From Camelus ferus (taxonomy: Eukaryota): a stretch of 64,000 nucleotides of DNA. Shown piece by piece: positions 22,901-35,579 of this stretch. Under the pieces are notes generated by a model. The model worked only from the letters and a program-made list of their open reading frames with translations. It made no database searches and had not been told where the DNA came from. The DNA is taken from positions 11,472,001 through 11,536,000 of the forward strand of contig NC_045697.1 in NCBI RefSeq assembly GCF_009834535.1. Reading direction: 5' to 3'. Position 1 is the first letter of the stretch. Every line of letters begins with the position of its first letter. Both the position numbers and the translations under genes were made by a program.

Positions 22901-23359
22901 CTAACTGAGGAACTTTGGATTTGTTCCAAAATAGAGCACCTTATTCTGAATATCTTCACTGTAATGATAATAGCTACCATTTATTGAGCACTTACAGAGT
23001 GACGGGCAATTTCAAAGCTTGGAGAGTCTCCTGCTAATTAAAGTATGATGTTAACAAGACATAAGGAATAAAATAGTACACTTGGCAAGACAACCAATGA
23101 CTTAGACTTGAAGGATATAGGGGAGGGGAAGGCAGGAGTTGGGGTATTTCAGCCTTGTTCCCAATGCCCCAGAAGGTCACCTGAATTTGGACCAACACCG
23201 GCTAACACAATGCCCCTTGAACTGTCAGAGCTTTCACTTAGAGATAAAGGACAATAGTTCCTGCTACTTTGTTCCCAGTTTATTACTGGGGATGATAGTC
23301 AGTTGATGTGGGTGGACCAGAAAACAGAGTTTGATCTCATGGTAGTAATTTGGAGCCCA

Positions 23360-23922
23360 TGGTAGGTTTAATTGTAATAATGGCCTGCTTTTCAATCCTC
23401 AATGTACCCAGTCCCTTTACATGTGACTTTGCAGTTCTTTTCACTAAAGAGGTGAAGTCTATTTCCTCATAATAGAACGTGGGTTGGCCTTGTGACTTGC
23501 TAAGGCCAATAGAAAGCAGTAGAAGTGACTACAATCCAATTCAGAGCTTGGGCCATGGGGGCTTTGGCCATTTCTGCCTGTCCTTGCACTCATGAACTGC
23601 AGTGAGGACCTGCGTGGGCCAGCTCCCTAGAGAACGAGACATGCCAAGTAGAGCTGTGCTGCATTCGTGTCATCAGATGAAGCCATCCAAGATCAGTCAA
23701 TAGCCAGCCAGCCCTCAGACTTGAAGCCAGCCCCGCCACCTAGCTGACTTGCAACAACTGCAGACATGGGAGCAAACCCAGCCAAAGTCAGCAGACCCCA
23801 ATCTGAATCAGCTGAACCTTGGAGACTCACAACACACATATACAGTGATTGCTGTTTGTCACAGAGGATTTGTGGCTGTTCATCTTGCAGCATTATTGTG
23901 GCTGTGGAATAATTATATAGCA
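23360..23922 (+). mobile_element. MaLR solo LTR (MLT1H/G-like)
   Basis: tgtgactttgcagttct...ggccttgtgacttgc...ggccaatagaaagcagtagaagtgac...tgcagcattattgtggc. Confidence 0.8.
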
Positions 23923-24100
23923 CCTTGAAGAAACTGCTGCTTCACTCTAGATTTCTAAGAACAGATTCGTTAATGAAAGCACCATTTGCAGTTCAGGTCT
24001 CAGGGCCCGTGGAAAGGGTCAAGAGAAGAAATCTTAAAGCTTATCCAGCTTGCTTATTCAAACTTCAGTAGACGTTCCAGCACTTTCAATTCTACTCAAG

Positions 24101-24572
24101 TGACAAAGATTTTCTCTTTAGCCAATCTTTAGTCAAGGTCCTCTGAGCTCTCTGCTAACCTAGGCCTGAACTTGGGCTTCTGTCTCTGTCCTTGTAGAGT
24201 CCAGTTTGAGCAAGAATCCTGCTAACTCAGTTTAGAGAGAATCCTCCACCCTCAACAGCTGATCAAATTTCCCACCATTCTGCAGGTGATGTCTGAGTCC
24301 CTTGGCCTGCCTTCAGCAAGAATCCTCTTAAGTTGGTTTAGCAAGAATCTCCCTATGTCTGATGTTTTATCTTAGTAATTTTCCATCCACCCACCTTTAT
24401 CCTGCTCCTTGGCTATAAATCCCCATATTTTCTTACTTTATTTGGAATTTAACCTGCTCTCTTGCCCCTATTGCAAAATCCCGCTGAAGCAGTCCCCATA
24501 CTTATCACAATAGTCCTGAATGCAGTCTGCACTACCATTTTAAGAAGTGTTAGAATAATTGTTTCTTTAACA
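24101..24572 (+). mobile_element. ERV1 solo LTR (MER31-like)
   Basis: TG...CA termini (tgacaaaga...tttctttaaca), repeated agcaagaatcc, TATA ctataaat near 24413; flanks caag/caaa. Confidence 0.85.
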
Positions 24573-25379
24573 CAAAGTACATATATTGAATATCTACTGT
24601 ATGTAGGACAACTTGCTAAGCACAACTTTGTTATTTGGAGGAGTAATTCTCCACGGGAATACACACTGGGGAGATGCAGCAGAACCATGCTATGTAACTT
24701 CCCTCTGCCCTCTACACTGAGATGCTTTGGGCGACTGTTCCCTTGTGAACTCTGTAAAGAGCCTCTCCTGCTAATGAGAGAAAGTTATATCCTTCTGGTA
24801 CGTTGAGGGGGAAAAATTGAGAACCATCAACCTAGATAAAGTCAGGGCTAAGTTTCTCTCATCAGATATAACCATCATTTGTTGGAAATGGATGACTCCT
24901 GTGTATTATTACAGTCATACCTGCCAGACATTAAGGAAAAGAATGACAGTGCTCACGAAGTTCCCATGATTTCACTTGTTTGGCAGCAGATTCACTCAGT
25001 CAATGCTTTCACACCATGAAAACTCCCAGGTAGACACAGTCTTCCTTTAGCCAATAGATGATTATTCATTCCCCAAAAAACTATAAGCTGGGCTTTCAGT
25101 AATGAATTTGTTCTTGATTCCTTAACGTAAATATAGCATCAGGTGTTCATTAGATGCCATTCTCGAAACCAAGCTCAATGGTGAGATTCTTAATCCAAGT
25201 GTGGGTTAGCAGATGGCTAAGTTTGGATCCTGGTTCTGCACAAGAATATGAGTAGCTAGCAACCTAAAAAAGTTGGTTAGAATACTCATTCTCTGTATTT
25301 TCTAGCATGCATTGCTAAAATTCACAAAATGCCTTTAACTTTTGCAAAGACCCTTAGTGATGGTCAAAATACTCCCTAG

Positions 25380-25855
25380 GATAGTCAGTTGTCTGTGTCA
25401 GCGTGGCCAGGCTAGTGCCCAGTGGTTTAACCAAACACTGATCTAGATGTTTGCCACGAAGGTACTTCGTAAAGATAGTTAACATCTATAATCGAGTGAC
25501 CTAAAGTAAAGGAGATACCCTTGATAATGTGGGTAGGCCTTATCCAACTGATTGAAGGCCTTAAGAGAAAAACTAAGGTTTTCCAGAGGAGAGGAAATGC
25601 TGCCTCAAGACCAACATCAGCCCCTGCCTGTGTTTCCAGCCAGCCAGCCTGCCCTATAAATCTTGGACTTGTCAGCCCCAACAATCATTGAAGCCAATTC
25701 CTTAAAATAAATATCTATATCTATATCTATATATGTATATATACATAATACATAGATATATGTGTAATATTGTACATATATATACATGTAATATGTATGT
25801 TATATATGTGTGTGTACATATACATATGTATATGTGTGTAGATATACCCACTTGG
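25380..25855 (+). mobile_element. ERVL solo LTR (MLT2D-like) with an internal TA/CA microsatellite (approx. 25712-25845)
   Basis: gataatgtgggtaggccttatccaactgattgaaggccttaagag...agccaattccttaaaataaat. Confidence 0.85.
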
Positions 25856-25869
25856 ATCCTTTTAACTTT

Positions 25870-26269
25870 GCTATTTGTCCTTCCCCCGGATTTTGTGTGA
25901 TTTTACTTCCAATGATCTAGATCTGTGACTCTCTTCAGAGGTCCTCCCTTGAGTTACTGAAGCTCCTTTCTCCACAAGCACAGAAAGCCAAAGAGTTTAT
26001 ATCCTCCCCCATGCATCTTAGCCAATGACTAGCTGGTATGGGAATTGGAAAGTCCAGCTCCTGTGCCTTAAGTTGGGGCAAATTCTTAAAAGTAATTTAT
26101 ACTCCAAAGTTCCCCATAGGATCGGACTGAGGCTGGGACTATGCCTGGAATAGTATCCTTGCTTGATTTCATGCCACTTCCTTCCCTGCTTCTCCACTGC
26201 CTTGCTAGTATCTTCTAGAAATGCTTCCTTATCTCAGGGCTTGATTTCTGGCAAACTCAGCCTAGGACA
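25870..26269 (+). mobile_element. ERVL solo LTR (LTR16-like)
   Basis: ttagccaatgactagctgg...ccttccctgcttctccact...atctcagggcttgatttctggcaaactcagcctaggaca. Confidence 0.7.
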
Positions 26270-26409
26270 CCCTTTACATCCTCCTTTGTCTGTGAGGGGG
26301 GAAATTTTTACTTAGTTCTGGTCCCATGAGTAGGATCCAGATGGATCTAATGAAATATTAAATACAAAAGCAAAAGTAGGATTTTAGAATGACACATTCA
26401 TAGCATGCT

Positions 26410-26620
26410 TTCATAGCATGTCAGAGTTGGAAAAGAACCCTCAAGATATTTAACACAAAGTTCTACCTACTCATGAGTTCTTTTCAGCCTGTCTGGGAAG
26501 GGTCACTTAGATCCTTTTTGGATACTCTCTACTTGTTAAAGCACCATGTGTCAATGTTGAACACTTTTGTTAGAAAGTTTCATCTTTCATTGCCCTGAAA
26601 AGTCCCTCTATCCTCTTATG
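26410..26620 (-). mobile_element. L3/CR1 3' remnant
   Basis: catagcatgtcagagttggaaaagaaccctcaag...tgttagaaagtttcatctttcattgccctgaaa. Confidence 0.4.
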
Positions 26621-27479
26621 AACTCTACCAGCTTAAAATCAGAAGACTTTGCTGTTTATAAGAACTACATCACAGGAGAAAGGAATCCAGTGGTCCCTTG
26701 GATCAGGCTCTCCGCAGCATGATTCCCTAATGCAAAATTTTACAAATTTTCTTTCATACCTGAGTTTAATACAAGAACTCTCCCATGTTCATCTGTTTTG
26801 TGTAGGGGAAGAGAAGCCTCAAGTCACAAAGTGAGGGAGATGAGACATTTCAATGCCCAGCAAGGCAGAGACTTGGAGCTTTTAAGTCAGCAAGCTTCAA
26901 AAAGGCAACTTGTAAGGAGGCTGATGGCATATTTGAGAAGATCACAATCTATCCAGTAAAACACTGAACATCTACAGAAGCATTTACAGCATTTGTGCAA
27001 CTAAGATGCTCAAGATCTGTACAGAATCACAGTAAATATCCAGAGGAGGTGAACAGCAAGGGTCTCTTTGTTAGATGAAGATTGAACTTCTAAAAAACAA
27101 AGACATGAAACCTCGTGTTTATGTGGGGACTGGTTTCCACATGAAAACAAGTAGGTGCAATTCCCCGTGTGTTCCCCTGACCAGCTCGTAAGCACTGGCG
27201 TTGAGTCCGGGCCTCAGGCTCTCTCTGCCAGACGGACCCCTTCAGCTGCTTCAATCAGTCTCTGAAAGACAGCCTGAGGCCCACCGCACTCCGGCCACTC
27301 TCCCTGTCTGCCTTTCCTTCGGTCCGGGGACTCCCCATCCTCCTCCTGTCTGGGCTTATCTCTACATCTTGCTGTCCTTCAAACTCTCTTCCTTATTGAG
27401 GGCTGGAGCTGCAGTGAGTGACTGCCAGATTCAATGTCAGTTCTAAAGGCCGACGTGATTTGCCCCCAATGTTCTGCCC

Positions 27480-27892
27480 TCAGCAGCTCTCGCTCCCTCC
27501 CCAGACCTCCCACTTCCAGCCTCACTGGTCTCCTTCTTCAAATACACCAGGCGACTCATGCCTCAGGGCTTTTGTATTCACTTTTGCTTCTGTCTGGAAA
27601 TATCTGCCCCTTAGATTTTCACAGCTTCTTTTGCACACATGTTGCATTACTAGACAGACTGTCCTATTTCCCGACTTTGCTTTATTTTACTTAATGGTGC
27701 TTATCACCTCTGTATATGCTTATAAAGTATATATGCTTATTTGCTTACTATTTTTCTCCCTGTACCAGAAGGTCATCACCAGAAAAGCAGGGAATTTGTC
27801 TTTTTTATTTATGGCTACCACTTGACAATTTAAACTATGCCTAGCATAGAGTGTAACTACTTGATAAATACCTACTTAATAAAATAAATAAA
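27480..27892 (+). mobile_element. L2a-like 3' end
   Basis: tgcctcagggcttttgtattcacttttgcttctgtctggaa...agcagggaatttgtc...tgcctagcatagag. Confidence 0.75.
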
Positions 27893-27939
27893 TTTCTGTG
27901 TTACTAAAGTTCATATCTTAGGTTGTTTCTTCTTTGCAA

Positions 27940-30390
27940 TTTTTTTTTTTTGCAAAAGTTACTGCAATACTCCTGCATCCCTGCCCCGACTCATGGAGCT
28001 TTCCTCTCCAAAAGCAAACAATATAATGATTTTCTTATGTAGCATATGAGGGACATTTTTTGCATACATGGGAACATATACATGAATATATGTGTCTTAT
28101 AATTTTACACAAATGTTGGCTTATTGTGCATAGTATTTTGCTAACTGAACAATATAACATGGAATTATTCCATATCAGGATGAATGAAAATACTTTTTCG
28201 TTTAAAAAATATTTACTTGGTCTTACAATGAAAGGATGTACCATAACTGACTTAATGAGTCCCCTATTGATAGATATGTTTCTATTGTATGTTTTCTTTG
28301 CATATTCATTACTTTGATGATTTTCAGGTTTTGAATTGGAACAGGTAAAACTGCAGATAGTGAACCATTTTTGGTCTACCTGAACAACAGTGTCATTTGA
28401 TTCAACCTGATTTGCTTTAAAAGGATAAATTTCTAGGCATGAAATTCCTGGATTAAAGGAAATGGACATTTGTAAAATGAATCAGTATTGCCAAACTGCC
28501 CTCCAAGGAGAATGCACGATTGTGCTCCCAGTGTGAGAGAATTCCTATTCCTCTTTCCTCCCTGCCAGCACAGAAAGTTACTAAATGTTCCTAACTTTAT
28601 CAGTGTGATAGGTAGAAAATGGTACCTTGCAGATTTAATTTGTGTTTCTTTTATTGTTCGTCTGAACACTTTTTTACATTTGTATTTCTGATTTTTGTGA
28701 ACTGTCTATTAAAATCTTCTGCCATTTTTTTTAAGGTTTTTGTCATTTTCTTATTGATTTGTAGAGGTTCTCCAAAAAAGAGAGAATCCCTACATTTGCA
28801 ATATGAGTTGCAAATATTTGCTCCTACTTTGTGGTTTGTCTTTTGATTTTATTTTTTTCTTTGTGCAATTCTACTTTTACATTTGTGTGGTCAAATTTGT
28901 AAGTTTTTTGTATTGGTTTTGTGTTATGGTAAAAAAAAATGGCTTTCTCTACACAAGATTATTTTTAAGAATTCTTCCATATTTTCTTCTAGTGCTTTAT
29001 GGTTTCAATTTGTATTGCATCTTTTAAAAATACAGAGCTCATTTTTATGTATAAGTTGTGGTCGATAGCCAGCTATTTATTTCTTTTCAGATGGCTACCC
29101 AATTTTCCCAACTCCATTTTTGAACAACATTTTAATCTCTTTTTCAATATTTTAAGTTCTCATATGTATATGGGCTTATATTCTGGGATTCCTGATATAT
29201 GTCACTATTCTGTCTATAAATAGCAATGTAGCAGTACCATATTGTTTTAAATAGTGTAGATGTATAATATGTTGGAATACTTGGAAAATCTAGATTTCCC
29301 CTTGTTACTCTTTTCCAGCACTTTCTTGACTTTACTTGTTTGTTTAATTTCTGTATTAACTTTATACTCAATTTATCTGGATTCCACCAAAAATCCTGTT
29401 GGAATTAAATTTAATGAGAATTTCTCTATTGCTTCTTCATTAAACATGGTGTTGATTTTAAGGGTAAAGTATATTTAAAATATGTATTCATATAGCTATA
29501 TACCATGTAAAGAAATATTCATCTTTTCTGTTTATTAACGTTTTTATTAAGATGAGCTTCTAAATTTTATCCAGTGCCTTTTTAGCATCTTTAGAGACGA
29601 TCATACAATGGTTCTCTTTTGGCCTGTTTCTGTGGCGAATTGCATGGATGGATTTCCAAACCCGTCAACACTCTGGAAGTAAGTGCCACTTACTTCTAGT
29701 GCATTATTCTTTCAAGTGCTTCTGGATTCTGTTCATTATTGTCTTAGTCAGCTTGGCAGCTGTAACAAAACTCCAAAGACTGGGTGGCTTAAACAGCAGA
29801 CTTTATTTCTCACAATTCTGGAGACTGTAAAGTCCAAAGAGATCAACATGCTGGCTGAGTCAGTTCCTGGGGACAGTCCTCTTCCTGACTTGTAGGCAGC
29901 TGCCTTCTTGCTGTGTCATCACATGGTGGAGAGAGAGACAGAGAGTCTCTTTCTAGTTTCTCTTCTTACAGGGCACTAATCCCATCCAAAGGCCCCATCC
30001 TCATGACCTCATCTGAACCTAATCACCTCCCAAAGGCCCCACCTCTAAATACCACCACTTCAGGGGCTAAGATGTCAACATATGAATTTGGGGGAGATAT
30101 AATTCAGTTCATGGTAATTATTAATATATGTAAATTAGTTTGTTCTGCAAGTTACTTTTCTCTTTTTCTATAAGATTTAGGTTTCAATATTATGCTAAGC
30201 TCCTAAAAAGAGAACTTCAAAAACTGCTGTATACTTCTGTGTTCTGGAATAGTTTAGGTTGGACTGGATTAACCTCTTTCTTACAGGTTTGGTGGAATTA
30301 CTCTGTGAAATCATCTGAGAAGATTGCTTTTAGGGGATGTAACACTTTGACTACATTCACATGCTTAATGTATGCTAATGAGACTTAAGC
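27940..30390 (-). mobile_element. Old L1ME-type element, decayed and interrupted by MLT1A
   Basis: AT-rich antisense L1 3'UTR/ORF2 remnants (gaaattcctggattaaagg, tattgccaaactgccctcca, agcagtaccatattgttttaa); probably continues at approx. 31520-32750. Confidence 0.7.
29740..30116 (-). mobile_element. MLT1A/MLT1A0 solo LTR with perfect 5-bp TSD
   Basis: tgtcttagtcagcttggcagctgtaacaaaa...taatcacctcccaaaggccccacctc; TSD attat at 29735-29739 and 30117-30121. Confidence 0.92.
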
Positions 30391-30399
30391 CTTTTTAAG

Positions 30400-31420
30400 T
30401 CCTCATGCATGGGACCCAAACAAGTCCCTAGGAAGGCCCTAGAAATTGGTCCACATGGTCATATGTTTTTCTGAAATCTGCAAAGTAAGATGTCTTTAAT
30501 CATAATTGGCTAAGGCAACTGTCTCTTTCCATGCTAATTTCTATGCCACTCTTCTGGTTTTGTCAGGTGATGTTGGAGCATCTGCAGAAACTTTTTGGGA
30601 ATCTAGCTAAGGGCAACATGGTAGCCTTGGAGATGTGCCACTCAAATCCATCCTTCATGTGGGGACTCAAATCTCAACTGAAGGGAATGTAGTCAGAAGA
30701 TAGTCTCCAGCTGCCATCTTCTTCAGGGACTATCTTGGATGTAAGGAGATTCCTTACATTGCTCTAGGTAATGAGTAACATTAATTCAAACAAAATTTAA
30801 GATTAAACATTACACAGGAAAATTTAAAATACCTGCAAATACATATCTCATATATGAAAGAAACTTTTTTAACTTTTTTTAATTGAGTTATAGTCAGTTT
30901 ACAATGTTGTGTCAATTTCCAGTGTAGAGCACAATTTATCAGTCATACATGAACATACATATATTCATTGTTGCATTCTTTATCACTGTGAGCTACCACA
31001 AGATCATGTATGAAAGAAACTTAATAGTGGTTTTTCCAAATTTGCCAAAAATCCTAAAATGTTTTAATATTATCAGTAATGAGCTGTGAAGCTGAAAGAC
31101 ACTGAAAGAGACAGTGCTAAAAAACAAATTTTGGAAAAGATTGCTAGAGGAAATAACAAATTGGTTCCTTGCCTTCTGTAGAGAATGATGTTCAAAAAGC
31201 ATTGTTATATGAAGAGATCACAAAGTACATAGCCAAGAACTTTAGAAGAAAATGTATTATAGATAAATTAATTAAAATAGTATATTGTTTACCTGAGTTT
31301 TATACTATTTGCATTTGAGTTTAGTGTTTGTAACTTTTCCTTTTTTCTTTTTTTCATTTCAAATAAACATTCACTTTGCTATTTTTGGTTTGTTCCAGGA
31401 ACTTGTATCTTTTTTATAAA
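30400..31420 (+). mobile_element. hAT-Tip100 (Zaphod-like) transposon with a decayed transposase C-terminus
   Basis: ccctaggaaggccctag...cacatggtcatatgttttt; from 31021 reads LIVVFPNLPKILK, then after a frameshift LSVMSCEAER, resembling the hAT dimerisation domain. Confidence 0.7.
30867..31008 (-). mobile_element. Short young camelid L1 3' end with perfect 14-bp TSD
   Basis: ttttaattgagttatagtcagtttacaatgttgtgtcaatttccagtgtagagcac; TSD tatgaaagaaactt at 30853-30866 and 31009-31022. Confidence 0.9.
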
Positions 31421-33603
31421 GTAGGTGACAAAATTGTTTAAGCATTGAGATCTAAAAAACCAGAATCCACTTCTGTTCTAATGAGTGTGGGTTTGTGTAT
31501 GTAAACATGTCCATCTACATCTAATGGTATTTTGTCTTTTTGATTTTCTATTTCTTCTGGGGTCAGTTTTAGTGATCTATGTTTTTCTAGATAATCATTC
31601 ATTATATTCATTTTATTCAACTTTTCCACTTATTTGCACATTATTTAGCAAACATTCATAATATTTATGTCTGTAATAACTTACATCATGATTTAATTTG
31701 TGTTTCTTTTTTCTGATTATGTTACCCAGTGGTTTATCTATTTATTGTGCCCCTCCCTTAAAAACTCAGCTTTACTTTGTTAGTTCACCAATTGTTTTTA
31801 ATTACTTTCTGCTCTTATTTTTGTTTACTGTTTTTTTGCCTAGTATGCCTTTTCTAATTCTTTTATTTTCACCCATTCTTTGTTTTAAGTGTCTGTTTTA
31901 TCAGCATGTAATTGGCTTTTGCTTTGTAATTCAATTTTTTGTTTTTTAAATTATAGTATTTGTCCCAATTGCAGTTATAGACATGTTAGATGTGTTTAGT
32001 TTTAATCATGGCACTATGGCATGCTTTCTCTTTGCATAGATTTTCTTCACTTTTTAAAAATCTTTCATTCTATAGTATGTGTTGTGTTCCTTTGATCATT
32101 TGGAAGGTTTACATATTTCTGTATATAATTTCTTTATAATCACAACAACATAATAGATTCAAGCCTATTTTTCCTTAGATAGCATCAATTGAATTTCTAT
32201 AAGAGTGACAAAATTGATACATGTCCACATCTTTCCATTCTCTAATTTTAGTTGATTACATGATTTAGTTGATTATATGATTATATGATTATGTGACTTA
32301 ATCATCTTTAAATGACATATTTTTACTCCTGGTTATAAAAAATAAGGACATAGGCACAGTCACACTTACTTCATTTTTTCTCATCCTCTCTCCCAGATAT
32401 TGTAATTTGCATAGTTTCTACATTGTTAATATTAATAGCATTTATACTCAATACTCTGTACTCGTATTTATTTAGTCTTTATCCGACTATAGTTTCGTTT
32501 TATGGATTTCTTTGCTATGGACTAATGTCTCTGCTTGGCTAAAAATCAGACTCCAGTAATTTCTTCAAGAAGGGCTCATAGGAACTACATGTTCAAAAAT
32601 GTTTTTCTGATTTTTTTTGTATCTGAGCTAGGTATAAAATTAATGGGTCTTATTTCCTTGAAGGTATCATCATTCTTCCTTCTACTCCACCATCTTGGCT
32701 GATCTCCATTCTTATGTTTTGATATCAATTTTTTTTTTAATCTTACATAGAGGAAATGTACTGGGGCAATGGAATTCCCAGAATCTCAGAAATTAAAGCA
32801 ACTGAACTGGTCACCAGATCTCCAAATAGTTTGACACCTGAAGCACTTTGGTTTCTTTCCCACTGATATTCCTTCTGTAATCTGGATCCAAACCAAAAGT
32901 GAACCTTTCCAATAATATCAACTGATTTGGGTTAACAAAGTTGCATATTCAGTAGCAGTATTTTTTAATTGTCCATTTTTAACTCCAATTTCCTAACAAA
33001 TCTATTTCAATAAGGTTCCTCCTCCTGACTTTCAAGGCCTTTATTTTCTGTATTAAAGTTAATCACTCATCACTCCCCTACATAGCTCCTCTGACCCATC
33101 CAATTATAAGTCTTTACTCAAATAGTTTGCACTCCCTCCTTCACCCCATTCCAAACCTGCTCCATCTGACTCCATTTATCCTGCAACCAAAAGACCCACA
33201 TGTAGCTGCATACTTTACAAAAGTAGAGCCTGGCAGGAATCTTGCACTCTTTTCTCTGATGTGTATCTATTTTGATACCAGTGTTACTCTTTAGGGCTTC
33301 TTCAACAGGCTCCTTGGCTTTCATTTTCCTCCACATCTCCGTTGGTTTCTTTGAGTAGCTAAACTGCTGGTTTCCTTTTTCCCTTGAAAGAGGGAAGATG
33401 ATTTAATTATTTCATGCTGGAATGCATTTTCTCTTATCAAACTGATTAATTTCTCAACCACACCTAGGAAATGGAAAGACGGATGACCCTGGCATTTGTT
33501 ACTGAATAGCCATATTTCCTACGTCCTGTTCTGTGATTGGGAAAAAAAAAAAAAAAAACACTGAAATTGGCAAGAAATAATCTCGCTTTAATCCTGGTGT
33601 TTT

Positions 33604-33887
33604 TGTGGATGAGAGATTCTGCTGCAGAAACAATTCAGAAACAAGACATGGAGGTCAAGAAAGCAAAGCAAGGATTTATTGAGGGATAGATAGTATGCTC
33701 TTGAGGAAAAACCTAGGCAGACCCAGGTGGGGAGCTGCTTTGAGTTTCCTTGGCAAGCTGGTTATATCGGTGTAAAAATGAATGGGCAGAATATTCATTG
33801 GCAGGGAGGGGTTTAGGGTCATCTTTCCCAATCTTCTTCCCAGGTGGGGAGGAGGGATTTTTTTGTCCTTTTTTTTTTTTTTTTCTT

Positions 33888-33929
<42 letters not shown>

Positions 33930-34385
33930 GAGGGGGAGGTAATTAGGTTTATTTATTTTTAGGGGAGGCCCTGGGGATTGAACCCAGGTCCTTGTGCATG
34001 CTGAGCATGCACTCTACCTCCTGAGTTACACCTTCCCCCCGATTTTTTTTGTCCTTATTTAGTCTTGATCAATAAGTTGGATAAGGTCATAATGAGCAAA
34101 AAGTTAACATTTGTATGGAGGTATCATAAATAAAAGGTTACATTTGGAAGGAGGTCATAATGATCGAAAGGTTACATCTGGAATGTGGGGATTCCTGTCT
34201 TGTCCCACCCTTCTGACTCCAGGACACTTGTCAACTTTTTGTATGGTCTTTTTAATCAGTCTGGAAGATCCTGTTTCTCTTGGTCTGTCCAAGGACCCCC
34301 GTTGCTCACAAGATGTATGGTTTTCTGCCATTTGTCCCATGTCTCCCTTTCTCTGTTCATATCTAGTTACCTGTATGCTCTAGCA
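33604..34385 (-). mobile_element. ERV1-like solo LTR (probably lineage-specific), interrupted by a SINE
   Basis: TG...CA bounded; antisense polyA signal (gatttattg); LTR-like end tatctagttacctgtatgctctagca; internal ~33-bp tandem units. Confidence 0.55.
33871..34040 (-). mobile_element. tRNA-Ala-derived camelid SINE (Vic-1 type) with (CA)n tail
   Basis: Reverse complement ggggggaaggtgtaactcaggaggtagagtgcatgctcagcatgcacaaggacctgggttcaatcccc...cctaattacctccccc; TSD gat(T)ngtcctt at 33856-33870 and 34041-34056. Confidence 0.92.
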
Positions 34386-35579
34386 GCATCATCACTTGCC
34401 CATAACGTTTCCTTGGGAATGTGCACCTTCTGAGACTTGCTTGCTTCACTGAAGCTAATGATTCCTGTCTTATGTGCCCCACAGGTTATCGTGGGGATCA
34501 AGTGAATGAACAAGAGGGAGAGCCATTTTGAAACTTTGATGGATTGCACAGACAATAGTTCTTATCACATAGGGAAATCCCAATCAAATTTGTGACTTTT
34601 ATCTATTTGGTTTTTTTCCATCAATTTTTGTTGTTTGTTGTTTAATACACAGTATATGAACTATTCTTCTAGCAACAAAATCAATGAAGGCAACTATTTA
34701 AAGTTCTATAAATGATGAATTCAGTATATTTCCATTTTTCTGCATTTGTTTCAATACCATAAAGTGTGATTTAAGAATTATAATCAGCCTCATAGATTTC
34801 CATACCATACTTAAAAGTGATGAGACAGACATTCAAAGCCTGTTGCTGTCCATTTACTTCTTTAATACATATTTAGTAATGAACTTCCTAGCTGTGGCCT
34901 ATAAAAAGCTGTGTGTTCTGGCCCTGGAGAGAGTTCTACTCAGCCTTGTTGCAGGAAGGCCCAGGAAATGGGAGATCTACTTATATTGGCTTCCATCACA
35001 AAGTCCCAGTATTGAACTTTGGCTTCTTTGACTCAATAACGGTAACTCTAATTCACGATAATAATTGTTATTTTAAAAGTTTTTCTGGAGCTATATATTT
35101 AAGATCGTAAGGCAGTTTGCATGCTTTAGATTTGAAATGAATGGCCCATGGCGCCACCTCATAGAACTTCAGATGTAGTTTATTTCCCTTTGTGTATATG
35201 TTGGAATCATATTATTTTTGGTACAGAAAGCATTCTTTTTTCTTTCTTTGTTATATTTTAAACTTTTCTGAAATTTCAGCAATCTCTTTATTGATTTTTA
35301 GAAAGTAACTATTCATTGCTGATATTAAAATACAAACATGAAGATATTTAATATCTATAATCTTAGTTTATATAATAGATATTAAATTTTTTGTATATGT
35401 TCCTCCAAATAAACACACATATGTGCAAATGGATTTTTTAAATGAAATCTATATTAAATCCTTCACCGAGGACTTTTTTAAAAATTTTTTTAAAATTTTA
35501 AAACAAATGTATATTTATTGTAGAAAATTTGGAAAGAAACTTAAGATGTTTTTAGTCATCTATCAGATGACTTAAAGAA

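Noticed and set aside
28035..29478. Many overlapping hydrophobic ORFs
   Set aside because: T-rich antisense decayed L1ME gives stop-poor frames; no coding signal
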